DNA of 64,000 nt from the human T2T-CHM13v2.0 reference genome, Homo sapiens: NCBI RefSeq assembly GCF_009914755.1, contig NC_060925.1; one strand, written 5' to 3'. Position numbers and translations under genes: made by a program. The notes under the pieces are model-generated. The model was not told the origin of the DNA. It searched no databases and was given only the letters and a program-made list of their open reading frames with translations. This document shows, in pieces, positions 1-14,409 of the stretch (positions within the stretch are counted from its first letter, which is position 1; each line of letters begins with the position of its first letter).

Positions 1-3000
1 TTATGCTTAGAGTGGAGTGTAGAAGTCCCAACTATTCCTGTATTAGAGTCTTTCCCTTCAGGTCTAATAATATTTGCTTTATATATCTGGGTGCTCTGGT
101 GTTGGGAGCACACATGAGGATACAATCATTACAATCATTATATCCTCTTGATGAACTGACACCTCTTTCATTATATAATAATTTTGTCAGTTTTTATTAC
201 TTAAAGTCTGTTTTATCTGTTGTAAGTATAGCTACTCCTACTCACTTTTGAGCACCATTTACATGGAACATCTTTTTCCATTCCTTTATTTTCAGTTTAT
301 ATATGTCTTTATAGGTGAGAATTTCTTGTAAGCAGCATATAGTTAGATCATTTTCAAAAATTCATTCAGCCAGTCTATATTTTTTAAGTGCAAAGTTTAA
401 TCTGTTTACCTTCAAGGTTATTACTGACATGTGAGGGCTTCTTATCATTTTATTACTTGATTCCTTATTGTTTTTTATATCCTTTTTTCCTTTCTTTTTC
501 TCTCATAATTTATCTTTGTGGTTTGTTGGCATTCTGTAGTGGTTACATTTAAGAATTTTCCCTTCCTTGTTTCTGTGTTTGCTCCACTAGTGGTTTTTAT
601 ATTTGCATGTGTTTTCATAATGGTAGTTATTATTCTTTTGCTTTTGGGTGTAGGTCTCCCTTAAGTATTTCTTATAGGGGTGGTCTAGTGGTGCTGTATC
701 TCTTAGCTTTTGCTCATCTGTGAAAGACATTATATCTCTTTCATTTAGGAAGGATAATTTTGCTGGGCATAATATTTTTGGCTAGCACATTTTTTCTTTT
801 GGCACTGTGAAGATATCATCCCATTCTCTCCTGTCTTGTTAGGGTTCTGCTGAGAAATCTGCTGTTAGTCTGATGGGGTTCCTTTATATAGGTGGCTAGA
901 TACTTTTCTCTTGCTGTTTTTAATTTTTTTTCTCTTTGTCTTTGATTTTTGAGTTTGGCTATAATATGCCATGAAGAAGACCTTTTCAAATTGTATTTAT
1001 TTGGGGATCTTTGACTATATAGGAATGTCTAAATATTTTGCTAAGTTTTGAAGTTTTTAACCTATTATTTTATTAAATAGGTTTTCTAATTCTTTCATTT
1101 TTTTTCGTTGTTTCTTGGGACACCAAAATTTGAATATTTGGATGCTTTATGATGTCCCATATGTCTTGAAGGTTTTAATCTTTTTGTTGTTGTTGTTTTT
1201 ATTTTTGTGTGACTGGGTTATTTCAAAAGATCTGTATTCAAGTTCTGAGATTCTTTCTCCTGCTTGTTCTGTCTTACTGTTGAAGGTTTTGAATGTATTT
1301 TGTATATTATTCAATGAATTCGTCAGTTCCAAAATTTCTGCTTTTTAAAAAATTATATCTCTTTGATAAATTTCTCATTCATATCCTGAATTGTTTTTCT
1401 GATTTCTTTGTATCGTTTTTCAGAATCTTCTTTTTTTCACCCATTTTAAATATATACTTTAATGAGTTTTACAGATATGTACAGTTGTTCAGCCATTAAC
1501 ACAAGATATGCAACATTTCCATGATGCCCCTTCTTGTGTCTCTCTGAGCTTCTTTAGTGATAGTATTTTTAATTTTTCCCTAGGATTTAATGAATTTCCC
1601 CTCCCTCCCTTTCTTCCTTCCTCTCCTTCCTTCCTTCCTTCTTTTGAGACAGGGCTTCACTCTGTCACCCATGCTGGCGTGCAGTGATTTGATCATAGCA
1701 GCCTCTACCACTGGGCTTAAGTGATTCTCCCAACTCAGCCTCCTGTGTAGTTAGGACTATAAGCACATGCCGCTATGTCTGACTAGTAAATTTCTTTTTA
1801 TTGGGATCTGTTGCTGGATAATTATTGTGTTCCTTTCAAGGTGTCAAATATTCTTGCTTTTTCATCTTTCCTGTGTTCTTATGTTGATATCTACACATCT
1901 GGTATAACTGTTGCTTCTTCTAATTTGTTTGAAATTGCTTTTGAAAAGGAGAACTCTTTTCTGACATGTATCTATGGTATTGGTTGGGTAGGGTACTTTG
2001 CTTTTGAATCTGACTATGCGTAGTGGTGTAGTCTCTGTATGACTTCTTCATTTGTAGACAGCATCAGTGGTGTCTGAGACTACCTTGGTGGCTTAGAATG
2101 CAGTTGTTATTAGTAGAGGCTATGAAAAAGTTTTGCTGAGTACTATAACACTAGGTGGGCTAGTCTTTAGGCCCCAGGCCAGTGTGCACTGGTGCTGGTG
2201 TTGGTGGGTCCAGGAAGGCCAATTCTTGTGCCTCCAGGTTGCTTTCTCAGATGCTGCTAATGGCATCAGTGGGTCTGGCAAGTGAACAGGTTCTTAAGCC
2301 CCTGGGCAGTGGGTGTGGCATGGGCAATGGCAGTAGCAATGGTGGAACATCCATCTGGGACCCAAGTGGTCCACCCCTGTGGTAGCAGTGGCTGCAAGAG
2401 GTTGGGTGGGCTGGCCCACAGACTTTCAGGTGGTGTGTATGGTTGGGTGCCAGCTGTGGTGGTAGTGCAAGTTGAATATGGCTGGTCTCAGACCCTGGGA
2501 GAAGTGCTTAGGTGCCACAGGTGGTCAACTGGCCTGGATGATCTTCAGGCCCCTGGAAAGTACATGCAGGTGATGCTCAGGCCCCTGGAAGGTGTGTATA
2601 AGTGATGCCCGTGTCCCTGGATGGTATGCTCAGGTAAAGGGGGAAGGAGTGGAGCTGAGCCAGGTGGACTTGCTCTCAGACCCCTCAGTGGTACTGGCTA
2701 TGGTAGGCAGAAGTAGGGTGATCCCCAGACCACTGGAAAAATGCTTAGGTGAGAGCAGAAATGGCTATCTGTAGCCCTTCTACTGGGAAGCCTATGGTTG
2801 CTTTCCCTGGGTGGAGCCATAAGCTGGGGGCTGGGAACATGGGCTTCATTTGTGTCTTGGCTCCGCAGCAGCTTAAAGCAGTGGTGGTTGTGGGCAGTGG
2901 CATTTGTCCTTGGGGGCATATGAAAAGGTGTAGTTACCCCTCTGCAGAGGGCCACAGGTAGGTATGATGGGCATGGGATCACTGTCTGTGGCTCCTGCCT

Positions 3001-3424
3001 TAGCCCTGGCAATGGAGTAGAATGCAGCTTGGTGGGGTGGGGGCTGTGCTCTCAAAATGGCGTATGCAGCAGTGCCTTCATGTGGTCTCCAGACAGCTCT
3101 CTATGTTAGTCTCAGAACTTGTAAGGATTGAGGTGTTCTCTCATGGCTAGGACTGTAGGAATCTCCAGCAGAAACATGGTCTACTGGGGGTCTCTCATTC
3201 ACACTTTCCCCACATTAAGGAGCCACTCCAGACCCTCAGCTGATCCAGCTGAACTGTTTCCCTCTCCTTTCTTGCTTTTGGTGCTTCCTGTCACTTCTCT
3301 GTTGAATTCCAGTGTTCTCTCTTAGATTATCTACTCAAAGTATGATTATCCACTCATTATTTTGGTTCTTTTCCATGGAAGAGGCAAATACCAGATTGAT
3401 CTAGGCAGCCATCTTGAAGCCCCC
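1..3424 (-). mobile_element. Old LINE-1 (L1M/L1MA type): 5'UTR, ORF1 and start of ORF2, antisense
   Basis: Minus ORF 1147-1332 (NIQNTFKTFNSKTEQAGERISELEYRSFEITQS) resembles the ORF1p coiled coil. GC-richer UTR at ~2000-3420 ends in GCCATCTTG (YY1 motif, reverse complement of CAAGATGGC) at 3408-3416. Confidence 0.8.
1642..1784 (-). mobile_element. Alu monomer (FRAM/AluJ arm) with (CCTT)n-derived tail at ~1598-1641
   Basis: TTTTGAGACAGGGCTTCACTCTGTCACCC...CTCAGCCTCC; single arm only. Confidence 0.8.
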
Positions 3425-3953
3425 TCTTTGTATTTGAACAGGCCATGATATACTTGCGTGTCATTTTTCTTTGCTAGTGGATAGACTTTTTTTAGTCTGT
3501 CTTTTCTCTGAGGATGTGACCTTTGGAGGTTCCTGGATTCACCCAAGATCTTATTATTATTATATTTTGTGGACATTAAAATCAAAACCTTTTGGTTACT
3601 GAAACTGATGCCATCCAGTGGCAAAAGTTAGAAAAGATGTATTTCCTCTTTTGCGGGGAGGAGGCAATTGATAATTCTTTTATTTTGGAGCTTTGGCATG
3701 TAAAATAATATTTTTCATATGTCTTATAGGAAATAGTTTTTATTCTCTTCCTGCAGTTTTGGCTGAAATGAAGTGGCCTTTCATTATCAATAGATTGTAG
3801 AAACAAAAAACTATGTTCCTGATTTCTTCTAGGGGTGAGGACTGTGATAATAGTGAACTTAGAAGGTCAACCTTTGATTCAGTGTGTATACACACATGAA
3901 AGTTTTACAAACTGATTAGAGAGAAATAGCAATAATTTATTCTCTCAACAAGT

Positions 3954-4082
3954 ATTTATTCTGTTATCCATTCCAAAGTATCAAAGTAACAAAGTATCTG
4001 TTATCCATTCCAAAGTATCCGTTCCAAAGTATCAATTGGAATGAAATTCCAATTTATTCTGTTATGCATTCCAAAGTATCAA
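3954..4082. repeat. Complex local duplication (4 partial copies) with an internal hairpin
   Basis: TCTGTTATCCATTCCAAAGTATC recurs whole or in part at 3954, 3997, 4022 and 4052. Confidence 0.85.
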
Positions 4083-4122
4083 TGAAATGTATTATCTATC
4101 CTGAATGTCAGTATTGGTACTG

Positions 4123-4477
4123 TGTATTATTCTGTTCTCATGCTGCTAATAAAGACATATCTGAGACTGGATAATTTATAAAGAAAAAGAGATTTCATGG
4201 ACTCATAGTTCCACATGGCTGGGGAGGCCTCACAATCATGGCAGAAGGCAAAAGACACATCTTACATGGTGGCAGGCAAGAGAGTATGTGCAGGGGAACT
4301 TCCCTTTATAAAATCATCAGATCTTGTGAGACTTATTCACTATCATGAGAACAGCATGGGAAAAATCAGCCTCCATGATTAAATTACCTCCCACTAGGTC
4401 CCTCCCATGACATGTGGGATTTATGGGAGCTACAATTCAAGATGAGATTTGGGTGGGGACACAGCCAAACCATATCA
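4123..4477 (-). mobile_element. THE1 (MaLR) solo LTR
   Basis: Ends ...GGGTGGGGACACAGCCAAACCATATCA (reverse complement of the THE1 start). 5-bp TSD TACTG/TACTC at 4118-4122 and 4478-4482. Confidence 0.92.
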
Positions 4478-5419
4478 TACTCCAATTAAAATATAAGATG
4501 TTTTCTTGTTTTGAGAACATTTGCAATCACTAGTGTGAGTGTCATACATTTATTTTTCATTGAACTTAAAACAGAAGGACTATGTTAGAAAAGAAGAAAA
4601 TGAAGTTTAGTTGTGAGATTATTATACATGAAATTAATGAGTTATAGTGTGTAAGGTAACATCTAACTAGATTACAGGATAGGGTATTCCACTGCAGTTC
4701 TGAAGTGTCAGAATAGCAGACAGCATAGTATTTAGCCACAGCAAAAGAGTTAGCATCATAGAAGGTGACTTTCATTAGGTCATGGCATGAATTGATGTAG
4801 AGGACATAGAAAAGACTACTTCAAATGGGAAATAGTATTAGTCAAAGCCAATAGCAAGAAATGTTATTTAATCTGTTGCTAGTCTCTTCTGATGAGAAGA
4901 AGCTAATTTCAAAGGCAAGATGAGCCCTAGTGACAAAAATAAAAACATTCCTTTTTGTTTCCATAGAATTTATTGAACTGGACTTACCCATGTCAGTTTA
5001 TGTATTTTAATCCTCTGTGTTGTGGTAAAATCATGCATCTTTCAAAAGCCCATATGCTTAGCATGATTCTATCAACTATTCTTAAATTACATTCTTTTCA
5101 CCACTTATATTGATTCTGAGGTTATGTTCCTAATTTGTTTTCTCTTCTGAGACAAGACCTTATAAGAAAATAAGTGTTCTCATTCCTTGCCTTTAGATGA
5201 GGTTACGCTTGATTAATTTAGAATAGATTTTCTAAATGCCTCCATTACTTTGTAATTTTTATCCCTGTCCTCCACATCAGTGTTTTGGATCAATTTGTTT
5301 ATCCATTCAGCAGACCTATATGAGATGCATTGACTTGGAGCTAAGAGTTTCTGTTTGAACACCAATGCAAGTTTAAAATATCATGGCTTTCCGGGGGTTT
5401 CCAGAACCTTATAGATAAT

Positions 5420-5560
5420 CTCGTCGGTCTTTCTTACCTCACAGGTTAAGGAGCTATATCTATAACAGTTAAATGCCTTCCTAATGTCACAAAAACAGTT
5501 AATGAGAGAACCAGAACTACAACCCAGGTCTAATATCTCCTAACTCAAGGCTGTTTCTGA
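5420..5560 (-). mobile_element. MIR fragment
   Basis: Degenerate GTTAA..CCTAATGTCACA..GAACTACAACCCAGGTCT MIR core. Confidence 0.55.
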
Positions 5561-7835
5561 TACTGTAGTTTAGAGATTAACTATGGAATAGGAATTCTGC
5601 CTAAGACTTTAACTGGAATTGCTCCTAAAAGATCAGCAATGAAGAGATTTTTAACTTATTGTGTAGGGATTTCAGTTTACTGTAAGATCATACAAATTTC
5701 CATGGAATGCTTTTAGTCTCATTTTTTAAAGCCCTGCATGGAACTGACCATTGCTCCTGCTACAGTTCCTGACAAACTTTTAGTCATGGCTATTTGTATG
5801 GCAACATTATTCCTAAGAGCTCATTCAGTTGCTATTTCAGCTTTCCACTATATAAACTTTAAAAGAGTTACTCTGTAGTCCCCCATCATCAGGTGTGTGG
5901 GAATTAATACATTTAACATCCTTTAAAAAAAAAAAGGCTTCGGTGTCCTGGTGAATTAATATAATCTTTACAAGCCAGGTGACCAGATTTTTGAGCCATT
6001 TTAAACAGTGTTTCAGTGCTAAGATTTATAAATGAAAGGATTTGTTGCTAGTTGCAGTGACTTCAGCACTTGAGGAGAGCGAATTTCACACTCAGACTGG
6101 TTTAGCCTACATAAACTCCCGGTAAGAATACCCATTCCTGAGCCTTCCTCTGGCTCTTTTAAAGATGGCATCATAGATATCTGGGGAGACTAACATTGTG
6201 ATACTCTGTTCTCACATTAATTGCTTCACCTAATTATAAACTGAAAGTTAAATTTTAGTTAACAGACTCCTAAAGTTCACTGTGGCATGGTCTAAACTAA
6301 GGATTCAAATGCTCCTCCAGGTTTTTGTTCTATTTGATTTTGTTAGAAATGCCATGTTTTCTCTGATAGAAGTATGTCTAGATAATGGCCTCACTGTGCT
6401 TCTCTCGGCTCTCCCCAGGCAGGCGTTCAGTTTTAAGGTCATGCTAAGGCCCATTTGGTTCAAGGTATGTCAGCTTTGGTAGCCAACAGAGAACTGTTTC
6501 TGTCCAGGGGGTTGTAGGGCAGCCACATGGTATTTTCTGAGCACTCCTTGGGGTTGTAGAGCCTTGTTTTCTTTTAAAATAAGGCATTCTTTCTACTTTG
6601 TAGCTTCAATTCAGGATATGGTTTATCAATATTACCAAGTGTTCCAATTCACCTCCTCCCCCTTTTCCTATAGAAAGTGATTTTAGGATGTTTCACTACT
6701 CCACTTAGTTCCCAGCATATTGCTGACACTCAATAAATGTCAAATAATGCCGCAATATAGTTAGTGTGTGCTCTTTAGGCATTCTGAAAGAATGACTCTT
6801 TATTTGCATTGTTGAGTAGTGGTATATTTTTCCACTTGTTAGCTGGAAAGAAATTAGAGTCAGGTTGTTCATTTATATACCTCTATGGCTACATTTCTAT
6901 ACTAAGACATGCTCAGAGTTTAAATTTGTTTGAAAAAGTGTTTAAATGAATATTCTGGGTGGTATACAATGCTTTGTCTAAAAGATCATGTCTCAATTGG
7001 ATATGGTTGAGTGTCGGATCTACATTAAAAAAGGAACAATTACTCTTCCATAAATAGGGATGGCAGAGACTCATATGTATCAGAATTTCAGTAAGGTAAA
7101 AAGCATGTAATATTCTGGACTCGGGAATGAAATACTGTGTAAGGAACACAATTCAATTAAGCTTGTTTATGCAACATAAACAAGACACCAGGATAAATTA
7201 TTTTATTTCATTTTTATCCCACTTTTGTCAAAACAATGTTTAAGACATTACTTCTTGCCTCACAAAATGCTAAGTGAGAATTGCTTGTCTTCTAAATACC
7301 CTGATTCAGGAAGGTTTTTATTTGTCAGATGATTCAGTCAGTAATCAGTCCCAACCCAAGTAGAGAAATGAAATGTATGTTATCCTATCCACCCACACCC
7401 CCCTTGGAGTGTAGGTGGGTCATCTTTCCAGTAGAGGTGTGTGTAATACCCTCTATGAGTATCTGGTGGAGGGAAAAAATAAATCAGTTTGAGAGTAGAA
7501 ACACTTTATCATTCTCAATTGACCTAGAGTTCATTGTACTGTTTCTGTAACTTTACGTGTGATATAAAAATTTGGTTTTCCCCATGCTTTATCCTTAGTC
7601 AGAAAAAAAATCCCACTAGATATGAGACCAATTGACACCTGATATATTGTTGTCCAGAGGCAAACACAAGTGAACTGGTGGCACTCAGGCATGAGTAGTG
7701 TTACTAGGGGGATCACCTGAACAATGAGTTTAAGAAATGGAGTGTGTTAAGTGAACATTTTAATACCTTATTCTTCCTTCTGGTTTTAACACAATGATAA
7801 GTTAAATAATTAAAATGTAACAATTCTATAACTTC

Positions 7836-7955
7836 TCTACTGTGAGACTGCTTTCCATGAGGGAGAGGCTGTTTTTCTTATTCATTGCTGTATCCCCAGG
7901 GCCTAACACAGTGCCTGGCATTTTTGTGAGCTCAATAGCATGAGGGAATGAATGC
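7836..7955 (+). mobile_element. L2 3' end
   Basis: GCTGTATCCCCAGGGCCTAACACAGTGCCTGGCA...GAATGAATG. Confidence 0.75.
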
Positions 7956-8370
7956 ATGGATGCAAAACTTTCCCCCTCTGTTATATGGAGAAGATAGAAA
8001 TAATGCCAATTGCTAATATAAGGCATTCTTAAAGTAAGTAAGCTCTAGAAGCCTAGAACTTCAAATGCAAGTGGGATGAAAATGGAAATACAGATTCAGA
8101 CTCTCAGAGGAAATAGTTTGAGGACAAAAGGAAATATTTCATTTAGAAAGTAATAACCTCGGTAATATACAGACTGTATAAATGAGTGCTGTTTGAACTA
8201 AATAGAATTCTATGACATTGTCCTTTAAGAAAAAAAAAAGCATAGATGTTTTATTGTAAATTGTCTTAACATCATTCTCATAATCTTAACGTTTATTATT
8301 CAAAAATGCTTTGTAGATAGCTACACTAAGCATTCTAAATCTTTATTTCTTGGTTCTAGCAAAGTATTGA

Positions 8371-8684
<314 letters not shown>

Positions 8685-11600
8685 AGGTTTTCTATTAGTT
8701 TTAAAAGTTAAGCAGGAGGAGAGCCAGAAGACAATTTCAATTCTCTGTTCATAAGTTTTCACTTCTTTTTTCTGCTAGAACTATTAAGTTCACAGGGCTC
8801 AGACAGAGACTTGAGGACTCTTACAGTTATTGATTGTGACTGCACAAGATGAGGGTAATGTTTATTTGTCATTATAAATCTGGAAAGATAAACCCTGTGC
8901 TTTCCCTGTTAAGGGGCTGGATAGGAATACGTGTTCAGCAAGTCAGTAAAAAAAAAAAAAAAAAATTGTATATTTTGAAAGTTGATTCCAAGTCCAAATC
9001 TTGGAAACAGAGATCTCTGTTTTTGCGTTTGTTCTTTTCCTTTGTTCTAGTCCCTCATTGCAAAGATATTTGTTGTCATATGGTTCTGATCCTGCTTGTT
9101 ACAAGTTTCCCAATTCTCAATACTGCATCTTTTTCCTTTAAGAGTGTCCCTCTAGTTGTGAAATAGCATCATTAGGAAATCCTAGGTACACCAGAGAGGA
9201 GGGGGAAAATATTTTTAAAGGGAGCCTGGAGAGGGATGGATTGGAGAACCAAAATTCTCGGCCCATTTGGTTTATTTGATTCACCAACCACACCCAGACA
9301 GAAATCAAATATAATTTGGTAATATTTTTATGAACTAAGTCTGTGACAATTGAATTCACAGCTAAGATATATTCTCATGAAAGACAACATAATTTCTTGA
9401 GTATGAAATGCCTGTGACTTAAAGCAAGCAATTTAAATTCTTTATTGTTTTTCAAATGAAACTCTGAAATGAAATAGGAGTATGACGTCCTACTTGGATG
9501 ATTGTTTCTGCCTTTTTTGAGGGAGAAAAATAGCAAGTTAGTGCTTTTCAACGTTTTTAAATGTCATTAAAAGATTTTGGAGGAATTCTTCATGCTTAAA
9601 ACACCTGTGTGAAGTCTAGATTCATTTTTCTAGGGGAATCAGGCATCGTACTTTTCAGGAGCCTTTGCGTATTTCAAACAAATAGATTGATAGGATAGAA
9701 TCAGCAACTTCAGTTGCTTTCTTCCCAAGGATTCAGTTTCTCTCTTCCCAAGGATTTAAACTGGAGTTGTAACCGAAGCCATTAGTAGTGCCAGCAAGGA
9801 TTTTGGTCAAAGTGTTTGAGGCATTCATGTTCAGGTTTCTGTCCAAAGACTGTGTTGATGAATGAGCCCAACACGGCTATGTAAAGTTCAAGAACAAAAA
9901 GAAATTATGTCCTTCACAGCAAGTTTACTTTTCTTCTAGGATTTCAGAGCAAACACATTGCCCTCTCTCCACCTATTTTCCGGAACAAGTATTTGCTTTC
10001 CCCACTACCCTCGTCAGACAAACACTGCAGCTTGGGACAGAAGTGTGCCTCCATTTGGAAACCATAGAACAACCCCAGCTGCTATTCATTAATGATAGGG
10101 GACCCAATCGCTAGTTGTAAACATGCTACAGAAAAAATATGATCAATTCTAAGAGACATGCTTTAAATGAGACACTGTAGTGGTAAGCTGTAAGAGAACT
10201 GATAGATCACTATTCTACCTTAAAAGAGATTGATACAAATGATTGCTAGGCTTTGTTAAAAAAACTAGCTTTTCTTTTTGAAAGCTATTAGTCACTCTGA
10301 AGAACTGGATTCAAGATATTATCTGTCTTGTTTCAGGCTTTTATTTCAAAGAATAAGTTTATATTTTGGTTACTTATGTTAAGGATGGAATTAAAGTGAG
10401 TTGTGTGCTGCAGCTTCGTTTTAGCCAGTGTGGTGGTGATTTTGTGAATTTGTGATAGCGTGGGGCCCCCAGGCTGAAGCCAGTAGTGAGACAGCAAGTG
10501 TTCAGGTATTTCAGTCAGCAACCTAGGGAGCAGAGCTCTTCAGAAATGAATAAGCAGGATTGCGAAAATATCCCTAGCTGGGCCCAGCCTGAAGGAAATG
10601 TTTAAATACCAATATCTCTTTGGCCGTCTTAGAGGCCTCCCAAGAACAAAAATAAAGGAAACTAAGGGCATGTTTTATTGACTATTGGAATAATCAGGTT
10701 TTTAGCGATAACATGTAGAATATAGTAAGAAAAAAACTTACGTCAAATAGTAGAATAAACATAAAAAGTCCAAAGAGGATTATTCTTCAAGTCTATTGCT
10801 GTTTCAATTCAGTTAGAGTTGAATAATGGCATCTCTGGCAGCCATAAGTGTTTTCTATTATTAGCAGTGTTACCATATACTATCCTGACATTACTAAAGT
10901 AATAACACCTTGCCTAGGAGTTCTTGAATTTGAAAAAAAAAAAAAAGCCTTTAAGCCAAACAGCACTTGTAACTATAATGCTAAATGAAGATAATTGAGC
11001 TACTTCAATCATGCACTCAAGATATTAATAATAAACCTGTCTTTTAAAAATAACAATTTACAAATAAGAATCTTTGTGTGACTTAACATTGCATGTCTAA
11101 TATATTTTCAGTTTTCTTTAGTTGACTTATGGTGACACCAACTTACCCATAAAGAATGTCTTTAGTACCTATACCTGCTGAAAAAAAATACTGTGAAGGT
11201 TTGAATTATATTCCTTACACATAAATTATATTATTCTGCTTCAACTTGCTGCATTCAAAGGGAAACTATTTACTGGCATGTGTAATTAATTTTAATTAAC
11301 ACACAGCCTCAGCAAAGGGAACCGACATGGTACAAGCCTTGGTAGAAAATGTTAGTCACACTCTGCAGCTAACTCTGAGCAGATGCATAGTTTCATGAAG
11401 AAAATATTTGCAACGTCTAACTGTAGCGAGTTTTTCTCCTTTCTTTCTTTTTCTAATTTTGAAACTGCCTGTGTTTATTTCTTAGAATCTGAAAAAAAAA
11501 AGTACTGTGGGTATAAAGGAACAGTTTCAAAAAATGCAGTTGCAGAGAGTAGTTTTGACTATTCAAACAAGTAACTGCCTTTGCTCTCAGTGTGTGTTAA

Positions 11601-11744
11601 ATCCACACCTCACTGAAATCTTTTATAGGTAAGAGTATGAGTGATATGTGTTATACTACCAGATATTAGCCTAAACTCTTTTTAATATTATAAAATGATT
11701 TTGCTTCAGAAAATAAATAAGTTGCTCTATCATCACTGTACTAA

Positions 11745-13175
11745 GGAGGACTCCTTTTCACTCTTAAAAATTGTTGAAGACCACAAAGAGCTTTTGTTTA
11801 TGTGGACTGTGTGTGGATTATATCAGGAATATTGTGAGTTGGTTGACTTCACATTGTTGTTTGAAACTGGCCATAGTGAGAGTATTTATACCAGAAAACT
11901 AGCAAATGCTAAAATCATAGCTTCTCCTTTTTCTAGAAAGTCTGTTGATAAGCTTTTATCAGCACACCACCAATTATATTTATTGTTAGAAATTAAAAAT
12001 GAGGTTTTAAAAATATTCATTTATTTAAAACTAACCCTAATAAACCCATTTTATGTTAACATAAATTATATGTTTTACTTTAAAAATTATTGAAAAGAGT
12101 GGCTTTTTTTTACAGTTTTGCAAATCTTCTTAATGTGTAGTTTAACAGAAGACAGCTGGATACCCATATCTGCTTCTGCTTTCAATCTGTTACAATATGT
12201 TGTTTTGGTTGAAATCAATGATGAAAACCTGGCCTCACACAGATGTGTAGAAAATGGAAGAGTATTTTAATAGCCTTTTAAAATTGTGGATCTTCTTCTT
12301 TGATATTCCACCAAAACTCGACAAGTAATTGTTTCTTAAAAGTTAATTGCAATGAGGGATCTGAAATCATATCAATGAGCTTTCTATATTCTGCTACACT
12401 GATTCATTGGTCTATCATGCACTTTAAATGGATCTTTTACTTATGAATGATTTTGTAACATCATACATTTGTCATTTGGAAAACATTGGTTCACTGATTT
12501 ACACAGATCTTCCAAATGTTTATACATTTCATTCTACAATGCTTAAAAATCACATTCATTAATATCCACCAATCTTATCAGAAAAAGGGAAGGTGTCAAT
12601 GACGCCCATGGTGATAGATATGAGTTTTCCAAAACTCTAACACAAAAATTTATCATTGGCCACAAATAGTGTCAGTTGTTTTCCTTTAAATGACAGGCTT
12701 ATTTTGTTTATTTTTGAGAAAATATCTGCCAAAAACTGAAGTTTTAGTAACGATAGATTGTTAGCCAGTTTTTCAAGTAAAAATGGAATCCCATGAAAAA
12801 CAGCATCTGCTTCACCTTACAACTGCTTTGCTTGAGACAAGCACTTCAGGATACAGCAGAAGTGCTTGTGTGTACTTCTTATTTTGTGACATGGAATATT
12901 AAAATTTAATCTCTAGAAAATATTCACTTATAATTAATACATAATTATTATCTAGAATATATGAATCTAAATTAAAATTTAATCTTTGGATATAATAGAA
13001 TTAATATTTTTAACTGCTTCATCAGGATATCCTTAAGTGAAACTTGCTTTTTTTAAAACTGTGATGACATAGCAGTGAAGGCTACAATGACCATCAGTCA
13101 GTACCTCATTGTGATGTTGCCTTGGTTTATGCTAGGGCACCCACCCTTGCCTTTGCACCATCAGTGCAATGTTAA
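11745..13175. mobile_element. Ancient DNA-transposon remnant (hAT class suspected)
   Basis: CACTCTTAAAAATTGTTGAAGACCACAAAGAGCTTTTGTTTATGTGG and downstream blocks resemble a mammalian DNA-transposon consensus; family not securely named. Confidence 0.45.
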
Positions 13176-14409
13176 TATATTTGTTGCTCCATAAACCATG
13201 AAATTAAAGTGATTCTACACTTTGGCTATTTCAGTAATACTTGTGTTCATTGATAAGAATTCATTTAAATGAATATCTTTGAGGATTAGTTAGTACTGAT
13301 ACCAGACAAATAGAATCAAAACAAGTGTCATTCTTTAGACTTGTCCATTTTAGGGCAAAAGTATAATTCTGCAGATTAGAGTTCTAAACTCATGTTTCAT
13401 GGCAGCAACTAAATATTTAATTAGACAAATTAACTCTGTCATTTTAAAATTATAGTCATTTCTTTTTCTTGACTTCTGTTATCCAGTAGACATTCAGCAA
13501 TGCCAACTGTACAAAAGCTTTTAGACTCTCAGCTAGTGTGCACTTCTCCAGCTAATGCAGCACAATGATTTATCCTATAAAATGCTTCAAGGACTTTTTC
13601 ACTTCTAGTTTGAAAAGCCCTAACAAACAATATTGGGCTTACAAAGAACATACCTATGTCTAAAATATTTTATTCTTTTTTCTTTAAATGTTCAATGATT
13701 CATCTCAAAATGAAGCTGTAACTTAAGTGGCATTAAAATGCTATTCAAGTGTTCAATTGCAAAAGACAATAGGTAAATTATATACATATGTTAAAAAATA
13801 AGAGAAAGCTTTATTTGTAGTTTTAATTTTTTGTTATTTATAGTTTTGTCCTGTTTCTTTGCATTAGATGCCTTCCTTCTAGGAGTCAGAGCACTAACTC
13901 TGACATGTCAGTCTTATCTTCTTCAATATCTTTAGATGTAGCTGTTGCAGCTAGGGTTGAGAAAGTTTCTCTTCAAATCTCCCTTTTTTAAGCCAATGAG
14001 CCATCCTTAAACATAAGGAAAATACATTTTCTTTTATTTTAGAACTACTAAATCCTAAAATAATACATTTTAGATAAAAATTTTAAAACTACAAGTTTTG
14101 TAAATTAAAGCATTGCAAAACAAGACAAAAAGATATACTTACTTCTTGTTGTGTCTGTACATAGGCCCAAGGGAAACTTTAGGATTTCAAAATCACAATG
14201 TATTGGATGATAATGAGGTTAACAAAGATTATAGCAAGCATAAACAAAAATAATTATTAAGGGTGTGGTAGAAGCACTGAGAACAAATGAGTTAATCTCA
14301 GAAAATGCACATACTCTCTTTCAAATTTCTAGTACACAACTTTACTTTCCATTAATTGCCAGGTAATAACATCATCACATCATGTCCCTTTTTGATAAAC
14401 TTCTCTGTA

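Noticed and set aside
2182-3325. Cluster of GC-richer overlapping ORFs
   Set aside because: Lies in an old L1 5'UTR; no recognisable protein similarity.
3954-4082. CRISPR-like repeat/spacer appearance
   Set aside because: Eukaryotic context, irregular unit lengths, no unique spacers, no cas genes.
11695-12093. 132-aa ORF
   Set aside because: Overlaps a degenerate DNA-transposon remnant; no transposase or other motif recognised.
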